From positions 1 through 59,155 of the IMG/VR virus record IMGVR_UViG_3300020468_000007: DNA of 59,155 nucleotides; one strand, written 5' to 3'. Made by a program: the position numbers and the translations under genes. This document shows positions 44,942 through 53,739 of this stretch, in pieces (the stretch's first letter is position 1; every line of letters starts with the position of its first letter). The DNA comes from a virus. Its lineage: Duplodnaviria; Caudoviricetes. The notes under the pieces are model-generated. The model did no database searches. It had not been told where the DNA came from and was given only the letters and a program-made list of their open reading frames with translations.

Positions 44942-45406
44942 ATGACTGATTCTACAAGAACGCCACGCGAAGCGACAACTCGCGCAAAGACCCAGAGAAG
45001 AAAGCCTTGGGCACCTCCTTCTAAACTGGAGGCCCCAGAAGCACCAGACGGCTATAAGCATCGTTGGATTCGTACTTCACTTCGTGGTGAGGACGATAAG
45101 ATGAATGTAAATGCCAAGCTTCGGGAAGGTTGGGAGCCTGTAAGGGCTGACGAGTATCCTGAGATGGCTGGTAAATATCCAACCATCGATGATGGTCAGC
45201 ATGCAGGTGTAATAGGAGTAGGCGGTTTAATGCTTGCTCGTATCCCAGAGGAAACGGTAGAAGAGCGAACTGAATACTATCGGGAGCAGACCCGTCAACA
45301 AATGGAAGCCGTGGACCAAAGCCTAATGAGGGAACAACATCCCTCAATGCCTATCCACTCGGATAGGAAAAGCCGTGTATCATTCGGAGGTAAGTCGGAT
45401 GGCTGA
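44942..45406 (+). CDS. Conserved head-module protein
   Basis: WAPPSKLEAP..PDGYKHRWIR...REGWEPVRADEYP; between scaffold and capsid genes. Confidence 0.65.
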   Translation: MTDSTRTPREATTRAKTQRRKPWAPPSKLEAPEAPDGYKHRWIRTSLRGEDDKMNVNAKLREGWEPVRADEYPEMAGKYPTIDDGQHAGVIGVGGLMLARIPEETVEERTEYYREQTRQQMEAVDQSLMREQHPSMPIHSDRKSRVSFGGKSDG

Positions 45407-45431
45407 CCTCCTACAAAAAAAGGAGTAAGCA

Positions 45432-46049
45432 ATGGCAAATGTTAATGTTGCCTTCGGCCTCAAGCCGATAAACACTGCGGGTAGCACTCCGGCTACTGGC
45501 GGTGTGAATGCATACCCCATCGGCAGTTCCGCAGCAGCAATATTCCAAGGTACTCCAGTAAAGTGTGACAACGGTGGTTCAATCGTTGTTGGCTCTGCTT
45601 CAGGAGATACCGTGGCATATGTTGGCGTGTTCCAAGGATGTGAGTATGTTTCAGCCACTACCGGAAAGAAAGTGTTCTCGAACACTTGGCCCGGTTCAGG
45701 AAGTGCAGACACAAACTTCGACATTACAGGTTTTGTGTATGACAACCCACTTCAGCGCTTCATTATCGCTACTGATGCGACATTTACAGATGAAGCAACC
45801 GCTAAAGCGTCTATCTTTGAAAACACTCAGTTGGATAGTGGCGCAAGCGGAAGTACAACCACAGGAATCTCATCCGCAAAGATGGATGTTGCTACATTAG
45901 ACTCATCAAACGCCTCTCTTCCTCTGAAGATTGTTGGCATCCTTGATGATGTAGACAACGAAGACTTTGCTGCTGCGGGTATTCCTATGATTGTGATGAT
46001 CAACAACCATGCGCTGCTTCAGGCTGATTCTGAAGCTGCAATTTCGTAG
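45432..46049 (+). CDS. Capsid decoration/cement-like protein
   Basis: MANVNVAFGLKP, IFQGTPV, GVFQGCEY; directly upstream of MCP; AGGAG RBS. Confidence 0.6.
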   Translation: MANVNVAFGLKPINTAGSTPATGGVNAYPIGSSAAAIFQGTPVKCDNGGSIVVGSASGDTVAYVGVFQGCEYVSATTGKKVFSNTWPGSGSADTNFDITGFVYDNPLQRFIIATDATFTDEATAKASIFENTQLDSGASGSTTTGISSAKMDVATLDSSNASLPLKIVGILDDVDNEDFAAAGIPMIVMINNHALLQADSEAAIS

Positions 46050-46061
46050 GGAGGTTAGACA

Positions 46062-46973
46062 ATGGCTATTTCTCGCGCACAACTCGCCAAAGAACTAGAG
46101 CCCGGTCTAAACGCTCTCTTTGGAATGGAATATGACCGATACGAAGGTCAGCATGCTGAAATCTTTGACACCGAGTCTTCTGACCGGGCGTTTGAAGAAG
46201 AGGTGATGTTGTCAGGTTTCGGTGCCGCACCTGTCAAGGGTGAGGGCACAGGTGTCACTTTTGATGATGCCAACGAAGCTTACACTGCTCGTTACAACCA
46301 CGAGACAGTGGCAATGGCCTTCTCAATCACTGAAGAAGCAGTTGAGGACAATCTCTATGATCGTCTTGCTTCTCGGTACACTCGTGCCCTTGCTCGTTCA
46401 ATGGCACACACAAAGCAGGTTAAAGCTGCCGCAGTTCTTAACAATGCATTCTCCGCTGGCGCATTTGCTGGTGGTGACGGTGTTGCTCTCTGCGCCACTA
46501 ACCACCCGCTAACAAGCGGCGGCACATTCGCTAACGAGCCAGCAACTGCTGCTGACCTGAATGAGACTTCTCTTGAAGACTCACTTATCAGCATCGCTGG
46601 TTTCACTGACGAGCGCGGTTTGATCATTGCCCTTAAAGGCATGAAGCTTATCGTTCCTCGCCAGCTTCAGTTTGTTGCCGAGCGTCTTATGGTATCAAAC
46701 CTTCGGGTAGGTACAGCAGACAACGACACAAACGCATTGCGCTCAATGGGCATGCTTCCAGACGGTTATGTAGTCAACGACTTCCTAACTGATACAGACG
46801 CATTCTTCATTAAGACTGATGCACCAAATGGCTTCAAGCACTTTGAGCGTTTGGCTCTGTCAACTGCAATGGACCCAGATTTCGACACTGGCAACATGCG
46901 GTACAAAGCTCGTGAGCGTTACAGCTTCGGCTTTTCAGACCCTCGCGCAGTGTTCGGTTCACCGGGCGCATAA
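46062..46973 (+). CDS. Major capsid protein (HK97 fold, Mu gpT-like)
   Basis: MAISRAQLAKELEPGLNALFG...ITEEAVEDNLY...DFDTGNMRYKARERYSFG. Confidence 0.9.
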   Translation: MAISRAQLAKELEPGLNALFGMEYDRYEGQHAEIFDTESSDRAFEEEVMLSGFGAAPVKGEGTGVTFDDANEAYTARYNHETVAMAFSITEEAVEDNLYDRLASRYTRALARSMAHTKQVKAAAVLNNAFSAGAFAGGDGVALCATNHPLTSGGTFANEPATAADLNETSLEDSLISIAGFTDERGLIIALKGMKLIVPRQLQFVAERLMVSNLRVGTADNDTNALRSMGMLPDGYVVNDFLTDTDAFFIKTDAPNGFKHFERLALSTAMDPDFDTGNMRYKARERYSFGFSDPRAVFGSPGA

Positions 46974-46992
46974 GTGTAGGCAAAATGATATT

Positions 46993-47021
46993 AAAGGGCA
47001 GCTTCCATGCTGCCCTTTTTT
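46993..47021 (+). terminator. Intrinsic terminator after MCP
   Basis: AAAGGGCAGC-TTCCAT-GCTGCCCTTTTTT. Confidence 0.85.
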
Positions 47022-47038
47022 ATTGTACAATGATGCAT

Positions 47039-47082
47039 TCCTGACAACTGCATGGTGCGGTTGACACTAGCCACGACAGGAG
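47039..47082 (+). promoter_or_regulatory. Candidate structured 5' leader sequestering the RBS
   Basis: TCCTG...CAGGA outer pairing includes the AGGAG SD; inner 8-bp hairpin CAACTGCA-TGG-TGCGGTTG. Confidence 0.45.
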
Positions 47083-47088
47083 ACTTAA

Positions 47089-47550
47089 ATGGCTACTACC
47101 ACTTTCTCCGGTCCTATTAAGGCCGGAACTATCAAGAACACAACAGGCACGACTCTAGGCTCAAACATCGCTAACGTCGGTCAGGTTGTTATGGCTCAGA
47201 CATTTTCAGCAGACTTATCAGGCGGTGCTCTAGCTGCTCAAGTCACTGACGTTGTTATCCCTGCAAACTCTCAGATTATTGACTGTGTGATTGACGTCAT
47301 TACAGCAGCTAACACTTCTACCAATCTTAGTGTCGGTGACACTGTAGGTGGCGCAGCTACAATTCTGAACACATTTGCAAGCGGAACAACTGCTGGTCGT
47401 AAGTACCCGACAACTCAGGCTGGTGCTGCATTAGCTTGGCAGGATACTGGTACAGCAGACATTCGTTTGACTGTGACTGCTTCTGCCGCAACAAACGCAG
47501 GTCTTGTTCGTTTTACAATTCTGTACCAGCAAAATAACAACCTTGCTTAA
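47089..47550 (+). CDS. Putative capsid-associated/decoration protein
   Basis: MATTTFSGPIKAG...IPANSQII; follows MCP. Confidence 0.6.
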   Translation: MATTTFSGPIKAGTIKNTTGTTLGSNIANVGQVVMAQTFSADLSGGALAAQVTDVVIPANSQIIDCVIDVITAANTSTNLSVGDTVGGAATILNTFASGTTAGRKYPTTQAGAALAWQDTGTADIRLTVTASAATNAGLVRFTILYQQNNNLA

Positions 47551-47562
47551 TAGGAGGGCGGA

Positions 47563-47835
47563 ATGGCTGCTTCTATCACAGCAAAAACAGTCACAGCTAC
47601 CGGGACACTTCTGGGTGGCAGAACTCGTCTAAAAGCTTTTTATGTAAAAACGGCTGGAAGCGGGTCACCTGCGGTGGTGTTTAAAAATGGCAGTAGTGGT
47701 GCGACACAGTTGTCAATGGTTTTTCATCAGTCTGATGACAACCAGATCACCATACCTGACCACGGTATGATCTTCGATGATGAGTGTCATGTGACACTTA
47801 CCAATGTAGATTCGCTTACTGGATTCTTTGGCTAA
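47563..47835 (+). CDS. Small beta-rich virion protein
   Basis: GRTRLKA...IPDHGMIF. Confidence 0.55.
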   Translation: MAASITAKTVTATGTLLGGRTRLKAFYVKTAGSGSPAVVFKNGSSGATQLSMVFHQSDDNQITIPDHGMIFDDECHVTLTNVDSLTGFFG

Positions 47836-48122
47836 TGGCTAGAAAACCAGCCAAAATGCCAAAGCGTAACAAGAAAAATTTCCGCTCCACAGCTTCTGGG
47901 GCGGGAATGACCAAGGCTGGTGTGGCGGCGTACCGCCGCGCCAACCCCGGGTCAAAGCTAAAGACCGCTGTCACTGGTAAAGTAAAAAAAGGGTCAAAAG
48001 CTGCTAAACGTCGCTCGTCATACTGTAGCCGTTCAAAAGGCCAGATGAAGATGCATAACATTAATTGTAGCAAAACACCCAAAAAACGTATTTGCGCTGC
48101 ACGGCGGAGATGGAAATGCTAA
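47835..48122 (+). CDS. Basic protein (DUF6321-like)
   Basis: GAGMTKAGVAAYRRANPGSKLK...KRRSSYCSR...ARRRWKC; start coupled to upstream stop. Confidence 0.7.
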   Translation: MARKPAKMPKRNKKNFRSTASGAGMTKAGVAAYRRANPGSKLKTAVTGKVKKGSKAAKRRSSYCSRSKGQMKMHNINCSKTPKKRICAARRRWKC

Positions 48123-48346
48123 ATATAATTGTTACAGCCATACTTGCCTTTGTAGCTTGGATTGCAATGTCAATTGTGGATCTGAAGACAGAAACGGCTG
48201 TAATAAATCAGAAGGTCAGTGAAAACCACAAGATGTTAAGCGTCTTGTGGGATGATTTCTTGGAGAATAAAAATGGCGATCTCGCGTGGATCAATGACAA
48301 AACAAATATCAAAGCCACCGCAGAAACGAAAAAGACCTTCCAGTAA
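48116..48346 (+). CDS. Small membrane-anchored protein
   Basis: MLNIIVTAILAFVAWIAM TM followed by coiled coil. Confidence 0.55.
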   Translation: MLNIIVTAILAFVAWIAMSIVDLKTETAVINQKVSENHKMLSVLWDDFLENKNGDLAWINDKTNIKATAETKKTFQ

Positions 48347-48434
48347 TCGTAATGTTGCTAGAGGATGTGGCACTGTTTTGAGCGACAGAAGAAAAGTAAC
48401 TAAACGTGCGAGAAGGAAAAAAAGGAATGGCTAA
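48273..48434 (+). CDS. Small basic protein
   Basis: MAISRGSMTKQI...ARGCG...RRKVTK; GGAG RBS. Confidence 0.6.
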   Translation: MAISRGSMTKQISKPPQKRKRPSSNRNVARGCGTVLSDRRKVTKRARRKKRNG

Positions 48435-48600
48435 AGATGCATGCTATCAAAAAGTTAAACGCAGATATAAAGTCTTCCCGTCGGCGTATGCAAGCGGGGC
48501 TATCGCCAAATGCAGAAAAGTCGGCGCAGCAAACTGGGGAAACAGTAAGAAGAAAGCAAAAGGGGGAACATTCAAATACCGCACAACCAAGATATATTGA
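48427..48600 (+). CDS. Small basic protein (PSAYAS motif; DUF5872-like N-part)
   Basis: MAKDACYQKVKRRYKVFPSAYASGAIAKCRKVG. Confidence 0.7.
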   Translation: MAKDACYQKVKRRYKVFPSAYASGAIAKCRKVGAANWGNSKKKAKGGTFKYRTTKIY

Positions 48601-48637
48601 TAGCGGTACTATTATTTTAAGACCGTGAGAGATAATT

Positions 48638-49147
48638 ATGGAACCAATATCAACGGCGTTAGCTGGTATAGCCTTAGTTAAAAGTGCCGTTGATGGTATA
48701 AAAAGTGCCATTGGCACAGCGAATGACATAGGAGATATTGCAAGTCAGATAGATGCTTTGTTCGCAGGTCAGAAACAGGTAAACGAGGCTAGAAACAAAA
48801 AATCTGGTCTTGGCTTGACAGATCAGTTCGGGGTGGAGTCTGTTGCTCGTGAGGTTATTGATGCTAAAGTAGCCGCCGAAAAGTTACAAGAAGTAGCCAC
48901 TATGGTGGATATGCGTTTTGGCCCCGGTACTTGGAAAGGAATTCTTGAAGAGAGGCAGAAGAGAATACAGGAAGCTAAAGAAGCGGCGATGAGAGCTAGA
49001 AGAGAAGCTATTCTTAGACAAGAAGAAATAATGGAAAACGTGAAGATGGCTCTTCTTTTAATCTTTGTTATTGTTGTCGGTATCGGAGCGTTTATTCTAT
49101 TGATGGTTTCTGCTGCAAGTTCTATGAGTATAAAACATGGCTATTAG
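48638..49147 (+). CDS. Coiled-coil protein with C-terminal TM
   Basis: MEPISTALAGIALVK...IDMRFGPGTW-type motif (VDMRFGPGTW), TM at C-terminus. Confidence 0.7.
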   Translation: MEPISTALAGIALVKSAVDGIKSAIGTANDIGDIASQIDALFAGQKQVNEARNKKSGLGLTDQFGVESVAREVIDAKVAAEKLQEVATMVDMRFGPGTWKGILEERQKRIQEAKEAAMRARREAILRQEEIMENVKMALLLIFVIVVGIGAFILLMVSAASSMSIKHGY

Positions 49148-49412
49148 AAAGACAAAAAAGGGTGCGGCTCTCAAGCGGTGGTTCAAGGAAGAATGGAAGG
49201 ATGTTCGCACGGGCAAAGCGTGTGGGCGTCGCAAGGGTGAAAAACGGGGTACTCCATATTGCCGCCCCAGTAAGAGGGTGTCTTCTAAAACGCCCAAAAC
49301 CTCCAAAGAAATGACAGCAGCAGAAAAACGTAGTAGAATATCGCAGAAAAAACGATTAGGACAACCAGCGGGTAAGCCTCGTAGAGTTAAATCTTTAAGA
49401 AGGAAAAAATAA
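49137..49412 (+). CDS. Basic protein (DUF5872-like C-part)
   Basis: LKRWFKEEWKDV..CGR...PYCRPSKRVSSKTPKT. Confidence 0.7.
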   Translation: MAIRKTKKGAALKRWFKEEWKDVRTGKACGRRKGEKRGTPYCRPSKRVSSKTPKTSKEMTAAEKRSRISQKKRLGQPAGKPRRVKSLRRKK

Positions 49413-50080
49413 TGGCTCTTTCAGGATCCAGAAACTTCGAGCTAAACGTCGCTGAAATTATAGAAGAGGCGTATGAGAGATGCGGGTTAGAGGCCCGTAC
49501 TGGTTACGATTTTAAAACAGCCCGACGATCTCTTAACCTAATGTTTGCTGACTGGGCTAACAGAGGTCTTAACCTGTGGACAGTTAAGCAGGGCACACAA
49601 GCTTTGACATCTGGCACAGCCACATACACATTTACCGCAGATTACACAGATTTACTGGAAGTGGTAATACGACGCAGTGGCACAGACTTTGAGTTGTCAC
49701 GGATGTCTAGGGGAGATTATTTAACTCTCCCCACAAAAACAACGGAAGGTCGTCCGAGTCAGTATTACTACAACCGTCAAACACTGCCGCAGGTAATACT
49801 ATGGCCTACTCCAGAAAACTCTACGGACACCTTAGTTTATTATTATGTGCAGCGGATGGATGATGCCGATACTTTGGTAAACACAGCAGACGCTCCGTTT
49901 CGTTTTTACCCCTGTATGGTAGCTGGTTTAGCCTACTATATAGCTATGAAAAAAGCTCCCGATAGAATTCAACTTTTAAAGGCTGTGTATGAGGAAGAAT
50001 TTCAACGTGCAGCAGATGAGGACGAGGACAGGGTGCCGCTGAAACTTCAGCCTAGTATTCAATATCTTCGGGTTAATTAA
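49412..50080 (+). CDS. Head-tail adaptor (P22 gp4-like)
   Basis: IIEEAYERCG...ARRSLNLMFADWANRG...GRPSQY...PFRFYPCMVAGLAYY. Confidence 0.7.
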   Translation: MALSGSRNFELNVAEIIEEAYERCGLEARTGYDFKTARRSLNLMFADWANRGLNLWTVKQGTQALTSGTATYTFTADYTDLLEVVIRRSGTDFELSRMSRGDYLTLPTKTTEGRPSQYYYNRQTLPQVILWPTPENSTDTLVYYYVQRMDDADTLVNTADAPFRFYPCMVAGLAYYIAMKKAPDRIQLLKAVYEEEFQRAADEDEDRVPLKLQPSIQYLRVN

Positions 50081-50649
50081 TGGCTAGACATGCATCTGGT
50101 AAAAAAGCTTGGGGTCTTTCGGATCGTTCCGGGTTCCGGTATCGCCTTGCAGAAATGATTGTTGAGTGGAATGGTCTCAAGGTTGGTCCAGACGAGTATG
50201 AGATTAAACATCCACAATTAAACCCTCGCAGGGTAGGCCCTGACCCTCAAGCTTTGTTTCAACCTAGACCAGATACTGCTACTGAAGAGGCTGGTCAAAT
50301 TCTCTTGATGATGAACCCTTTTCAATCAGGTAGCGCTGGTTCTTCCGTAATTACTGTGTTTGAGCCGTCTCATGGTAGAAGCACATCTAATGTTGTTATC
50401 TTTCGTAAAACACAAGCATTCGACGGTTTTTCAAAAACCGCGTTAGAAAAAGCTGCGGGGTATACAATTACTGTCGTTGATGCTAACTCATATACAATTA
50501 CAATTACTGGAGAAACAGCAACCACTGGTGGCATAAGAGGTGGCGGTGGCGTTGCAACCGCTGCTGCTGGCGTAGCAACAACATCATCGACGTTTGATTC
50601 GATAAGTGTTACATTCGATTCGGCAAGCAAGACTTTTGACGAGGCTTAA
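50080..50649 (+). CDS. Virion protein with inserted FCCH-like beta domain
   Basis: SDRSGFRY...WNGLKVGPDEYEIKHPQL; ITVFEPSHG...YTITVVDANSYTI. Confidence 0.6.
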   Translation: MARHASGKKAWGLSDRSGFRYRLAEMIVEWNGLKVGPDEYEIKHPQLNPRRVGPDPQALFQPRPDTATEEAGQILLMMNPFQSGSAGSSVITVFEPSHGRSTSNVVIFRKTQAFDGFSKTALEKAAGYTITVVDANSYTITITGETATTGGIRGGGGVATAAAGVATTSSTFDSISVTFDSASKTFDEA

Positions 50650-51300
50650 ATGGCAAAACAAGCAGTAGGAATTGGATCATCAGCGAATGACGGAACGGGT
50701 GATACCCTTCGTGCAGGCGCAGATAAAATAAACGACAACTTCGATGAGATCTACAATGCGTTAGGTAACGGAACCACGCTTACAGATATTATCGACACAA
50801 ACGGTGTTCTTGACGTAAGTCAAGGCGCGAACAAGATCGTTTTCTACTATGCAGCTTTTAGTGATCTACCCAGTGCATCAACATATCATGGAGCCATTGC
50901 TCATGTGCATGCGCTCGGAGGGATGTATTTTGCCCACGGCGGTAATTGGCTGCGCCTGAATGATGAGGCAAGCGGTCCTGTAACCAAATACACCGCTGGT
51001 GTGAATGGTTCTACCGCATATACATTTACTGGCCCCGGGGCAACTTCAGGTAACAATCCGAACTTTACCTTCTACAAGGGTCACACATATTTGATTGACA
51101 ATACAGCTAATGTATCAAGCCATCCTTTGCAAATAAGGACATCTAATGGCGGGTCTGCTTTTACAACAGGGGTGACAGACAACTACAATTCTACCACCGG
51201 GTTGACGCAGTTTATTGTCCCGCATGAACCAAGCGATACATCTTTGGTGTATCAGTGCACTAACCATAGCGGTATGGTCGGCAATATAACAATAGTATAG
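50650..51300 (+). CDS. Virion appendage protein with T4 gp9/gp10-like N-terminus and cupredoxin-like C-terminus
   Basis: NDGTGDTLRAGADKINDNFDEIY; SHPLQI...YQCTNHSGMVGNI. Confidence 0.65.
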   Translation: MAKQAVGIGSSANDGTGDTLRAGADKINDNFDEIYNALGNGTTLTDIIDTNGVLDVSQGANKIVFYYAAFSDLPSASTYHGAIAHVHALGGMYFAHGGNWLRLNDEASGPVTKYTAGVNGSTAYTFTGPGATSGNNPNFTFYKGHTYLIDNTANVSSHPLQIRTSNGGSAFTTGVTDNYNSTTGLTQFIVPHEPSDTSLVYQCTNHSGMVGNITIV

Positions 51301-51312
51301 TGAGCAAGTGAC

Positions 51313-51960
51313 ATGTCATTTACATACACAGAGCTACAAGACGCGATAAAGAATTTTACAGAGAATGAGGAAACTTCTTTTGTAACTAATCTGCCTGTGT
51401 TTATTCGTGGCGCGGAAGACCGTATCTCTACACTGGTTGATTTAGAGCTATTCAGAAAGAATGCTACATCACAACTTACAGCTAGTGACCCTTATCTAAA
51501 TGTGCCTACCGATTATTTAGCACCTTTTTCTTTTCAAATCACAACAGCTAATTATAAAGCGTTTTTAGACTTTAAAGATGTGAACTTTGTTCAACGGTAT
51601 TCAATAGATTATGGCAGCAATGCTGTCCCAAAATACTATGGTATTTTTGACGTAGATAATTTTATTGTGGGTCCCACACCGGATCAGGCATATACAGTAG
51701 AGCTTCATTATTACTACAGGCCAGCCAGTATTACGGCTGGAGCGGGTTCAGGTAATACTTGGCTCAGTACTAATGCTCCTAATGCCCTTCTTTACGGCTC
51801 TCTTGTAGAAGCGTATACTTACATGAAGGGTGAACAGGACATGATGCAACTGTATGAACAAAGGTTCATGCAGGAAATACAACGACTAAAGGATTTGGCT
51901 GAAGCTAGAGAGAATAGTGATGCCTACAGGAGAGGTCTACCTGATAGGCCACGCACTTAA
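51313..51960 (+). CDS. Tail adaptor / tubular protein A-like
   Basis: YTELQDAIK..FIRGAEDRI...PKYY...GPTPD...WLSTNAPNALLYGSLVEA. Confidence 0.7.
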   Translation: MSFTYTELQDAIKNFTENEETSFVTNLPVFIRGAEDRISTLVDLELFRKNATSQLTASDPYLNVPTDYLAPFSFQITTANYKAFLDFKDVNFVQRYSIDYGSNAVPKYYGIFDVDNFIVGPTPDQAYTVELHYYYRPASITAGAGSGNTWLSTNAPNALLYGSLVEAYTYMKGEQDMMQLYEQRFMQEIQRLKDLAEARENSDAYRRGLPDRPRT

Positions 51961-51975
51961 ACAGGAGTAAGAACG

Positions 51976-53028
51976 ATGGCAACATCAAACGCAGCAACCA
52001 ATTACCTAGAGAGAAGGGTTCTTGACTTCATATTTAAGAACAACTCACTCTCTTTTGCTACGCCAAACAACGATATATATGTTGGCCTAGCAACCGCCGT
52101 GTCAAACGCGGAGGCTGGAAATGTAACAGAAGTACAGGTGGACACAGATGATGCCAACTATACAAGGCAGCAAGTCACCGCAGCAAACTGGAAACAGTCA
52201 ACAACAACCGTAGCAGTTGCTCTGACAAACAGCGCAACAGAAGTGATATTGACAGACGCAGAAGCGTTTCCGACATCTGGCGCTGTTGTTATCGGTGATG
52301 AGATCATTACCTACACTGGTAAAGATAGCACAGCCACGGCAAATACAAACGGTGCGGTTAGCTCATCAGCTAACGTAGCGGTTGATGGAAACAGCGGCAC
52401 TATCACTGTTGGTATGGTTGTTACTGGCACAGGTATATCTGGCACAGTCAGAGTGGCTACTGTCACAAACCAAAACAACATTGTTTTGAGTTCCGCAGTT
52501 TCAATCAGCGATAATGTAGCGCTAAACTTTGACGGCACAAACACTCTCACAGGTGGTACACGAGGAACATCTAGCACAACTGCCGCCGCGCATAGCGTAT
52601 CAGACGTTGTTGTTTGTGACACTCAGCGAGTGATAAACGACAACAATATTGAGTACGCAGCAGCCGCTGGAACGGCCTCTACTTACACCGTTACCCACGC
52701 TTTTGTCGCAGACAAGAATATTGCTACGGCAACTGTCAATGGTGCGGTTAGCTCATCAGCTAATGTGACTGTTGATGCAAATAACGGAACAATCGCTGTA
52801 GGCGATGTCGTTACAGGCACCGGGATCAGTGGTGTCGTTAGAGTAGCTACAGTAAATAGCCAGACCAGTATTGTTCTGGATACTGCATCGTCAATCTCAG
52901 ACAATGTATTGTTGACCTTTGATGGTTCCAACAAGTTGTTTATTGGAGCATTGGACGCAAGTAAGACAATAGCGGTTGGAGATATATTCCGTATTAACGC
53001 AGGGAACTTGTCAATCGAGTTGAAGTAA
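51976..53028 (+). CDS. Tail/fibre structural protein with nested domain insertions and internal duplication
   Basis: NYLE..IYVGL..YTRQ / VTH..GALDASKTI..GDIFRI core; two ~68-aa NGAVSSSANV repeats. Confidence 0.65.
   Translation: MATSNAATNYLERRVLDFIFKNNSLSFATPNNDIYVGLATAVSNAEAGNVTEVQVDTDDANYTRQQVTAANWKQSTTTVAVALTNSATEVILTDAEAFPTSGAVVIGDEIITYTGKDSTATANTNGAVSSSANVAVDGNSGTITVGMVVTGTGISGTVRVATVTNQNNIVLSSAVSISDNVALNFDGTNTLTGGTRGTSSTTAAAHSVSDVVVCDTQRVINDNNIEYAAAAGTASTYTVTHAFVADKNIATATVNGAVSSSANVTVDANNGTIAVGDVVTGTGISGVVRVATVNSQTSIVLDTASSISDNVLLTFDGSNKLFIGALDASKTIAVGDIFRINAGNLSIELK
52351..52763 (+). repeat. Intragenic direct repeat
   Basis: Exact 23-mer GGTGCGGTTAGCTCATCAGCTAA at 52351 and 52741 within ~200-bp diverged duplicates. 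Confidence 0.9.
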
Positions 53029-53399
53029 TGCCTCTTGTACTTAAAGATCGCGTCAAAGAGACGACCACAACTACGGGCACTGGCACATATACGTTAGCTG
53101 GTGCTTTGACTGGTTTTGAAGCTTTTAGTCAAGTGGGTGACGGTAATACAACCTATTACACTTGCACTGACGGCACTGACTTTGAGACAGGTATTGGTAC
53201 TTTTACTTTATCTGGGACGACTCTTGCTCGTACCACCATATTGCAGTCCAGTAACTCAGATAGTGCCGTTAATTGGTCGTCTGGCACTAGAACAATATTC
53301 TGTACGTTGCCAGCAGAAAAGATGATATTTAATGATGCAACTGGTAGCGCTGTTAACTTCACAGATAACTCGCTAGCATTTGCGATAGCGTTAGGATAG
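53028..53399 (+). CDS. Tail fibre N-terminal anchor-type protein
   Basis: LKDRVKETTTTTGTGTYTL...FETGIGT...IFCTLPAEK...AFAIALG. Confidence 0.7.
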   Translation: MPLVLKDRVKETTTTTGTGTYTLAGALTGFEAFSQVGDGNTTYYTCTDGTDFETGIGTFTLSGTTLARTTILQSSNSDSAVNWSSGTRTIFCTLPAEKMIFNDATGSAVNFTDNSLAFAIALG

Positions 53400-53403
53400 G
53401 GAA

Positions 53404-53739
53404 ATGGCAAACGCATTTAAAACATTCACGGCGCAAAACATTGATACGTCATCGTCTAAAGCTACCTTGTACACTTGTCCAAGTTCTACAGAGACGACAA
53501 TCATTGGCCTTAACATCGCTAACATATTGACAGTCTCAATTACGGTTACAGTCGAGCTACTGGATGGTGGAAGCACTATTACTCATGTGGTTAAAGATGC
53601 AATTGTACCTGTTGGATCGTCTCTGGTGGCAGTCGGAGGACCTCAGAAAATTGTTATGAACGCCACTGACGTATTAAAAGTTTATGGATCACAGGCTAAC
53701 TGCTGTGACGCGGTTCTGAGTGTACTGGAGATTACCTAA
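53404..53739 (+). CDS. Small tail structural protein
   Basis: MANAFK...LYTCP...IIGLNIAN...KIVMNATD...SVLEIT. Confidence 0.65.
   Translation: MANAFKTFTAQNIDTSSSKATLYTCPSSTETTIIGLNIANILTVSITVTVELLDGGSTITHVVKDAIVPVGSSLVAVGGPQKIVMNATDVLKVYGSQANCCDAVLSVLEIT

Noticed and set aside
52361-52760. CTGATGAG (hammerhead core start) on the minus strand at two sites
   Set aside because: Inside a coding duplication (SSSA codons), antisense, with no stem II or GAAA following
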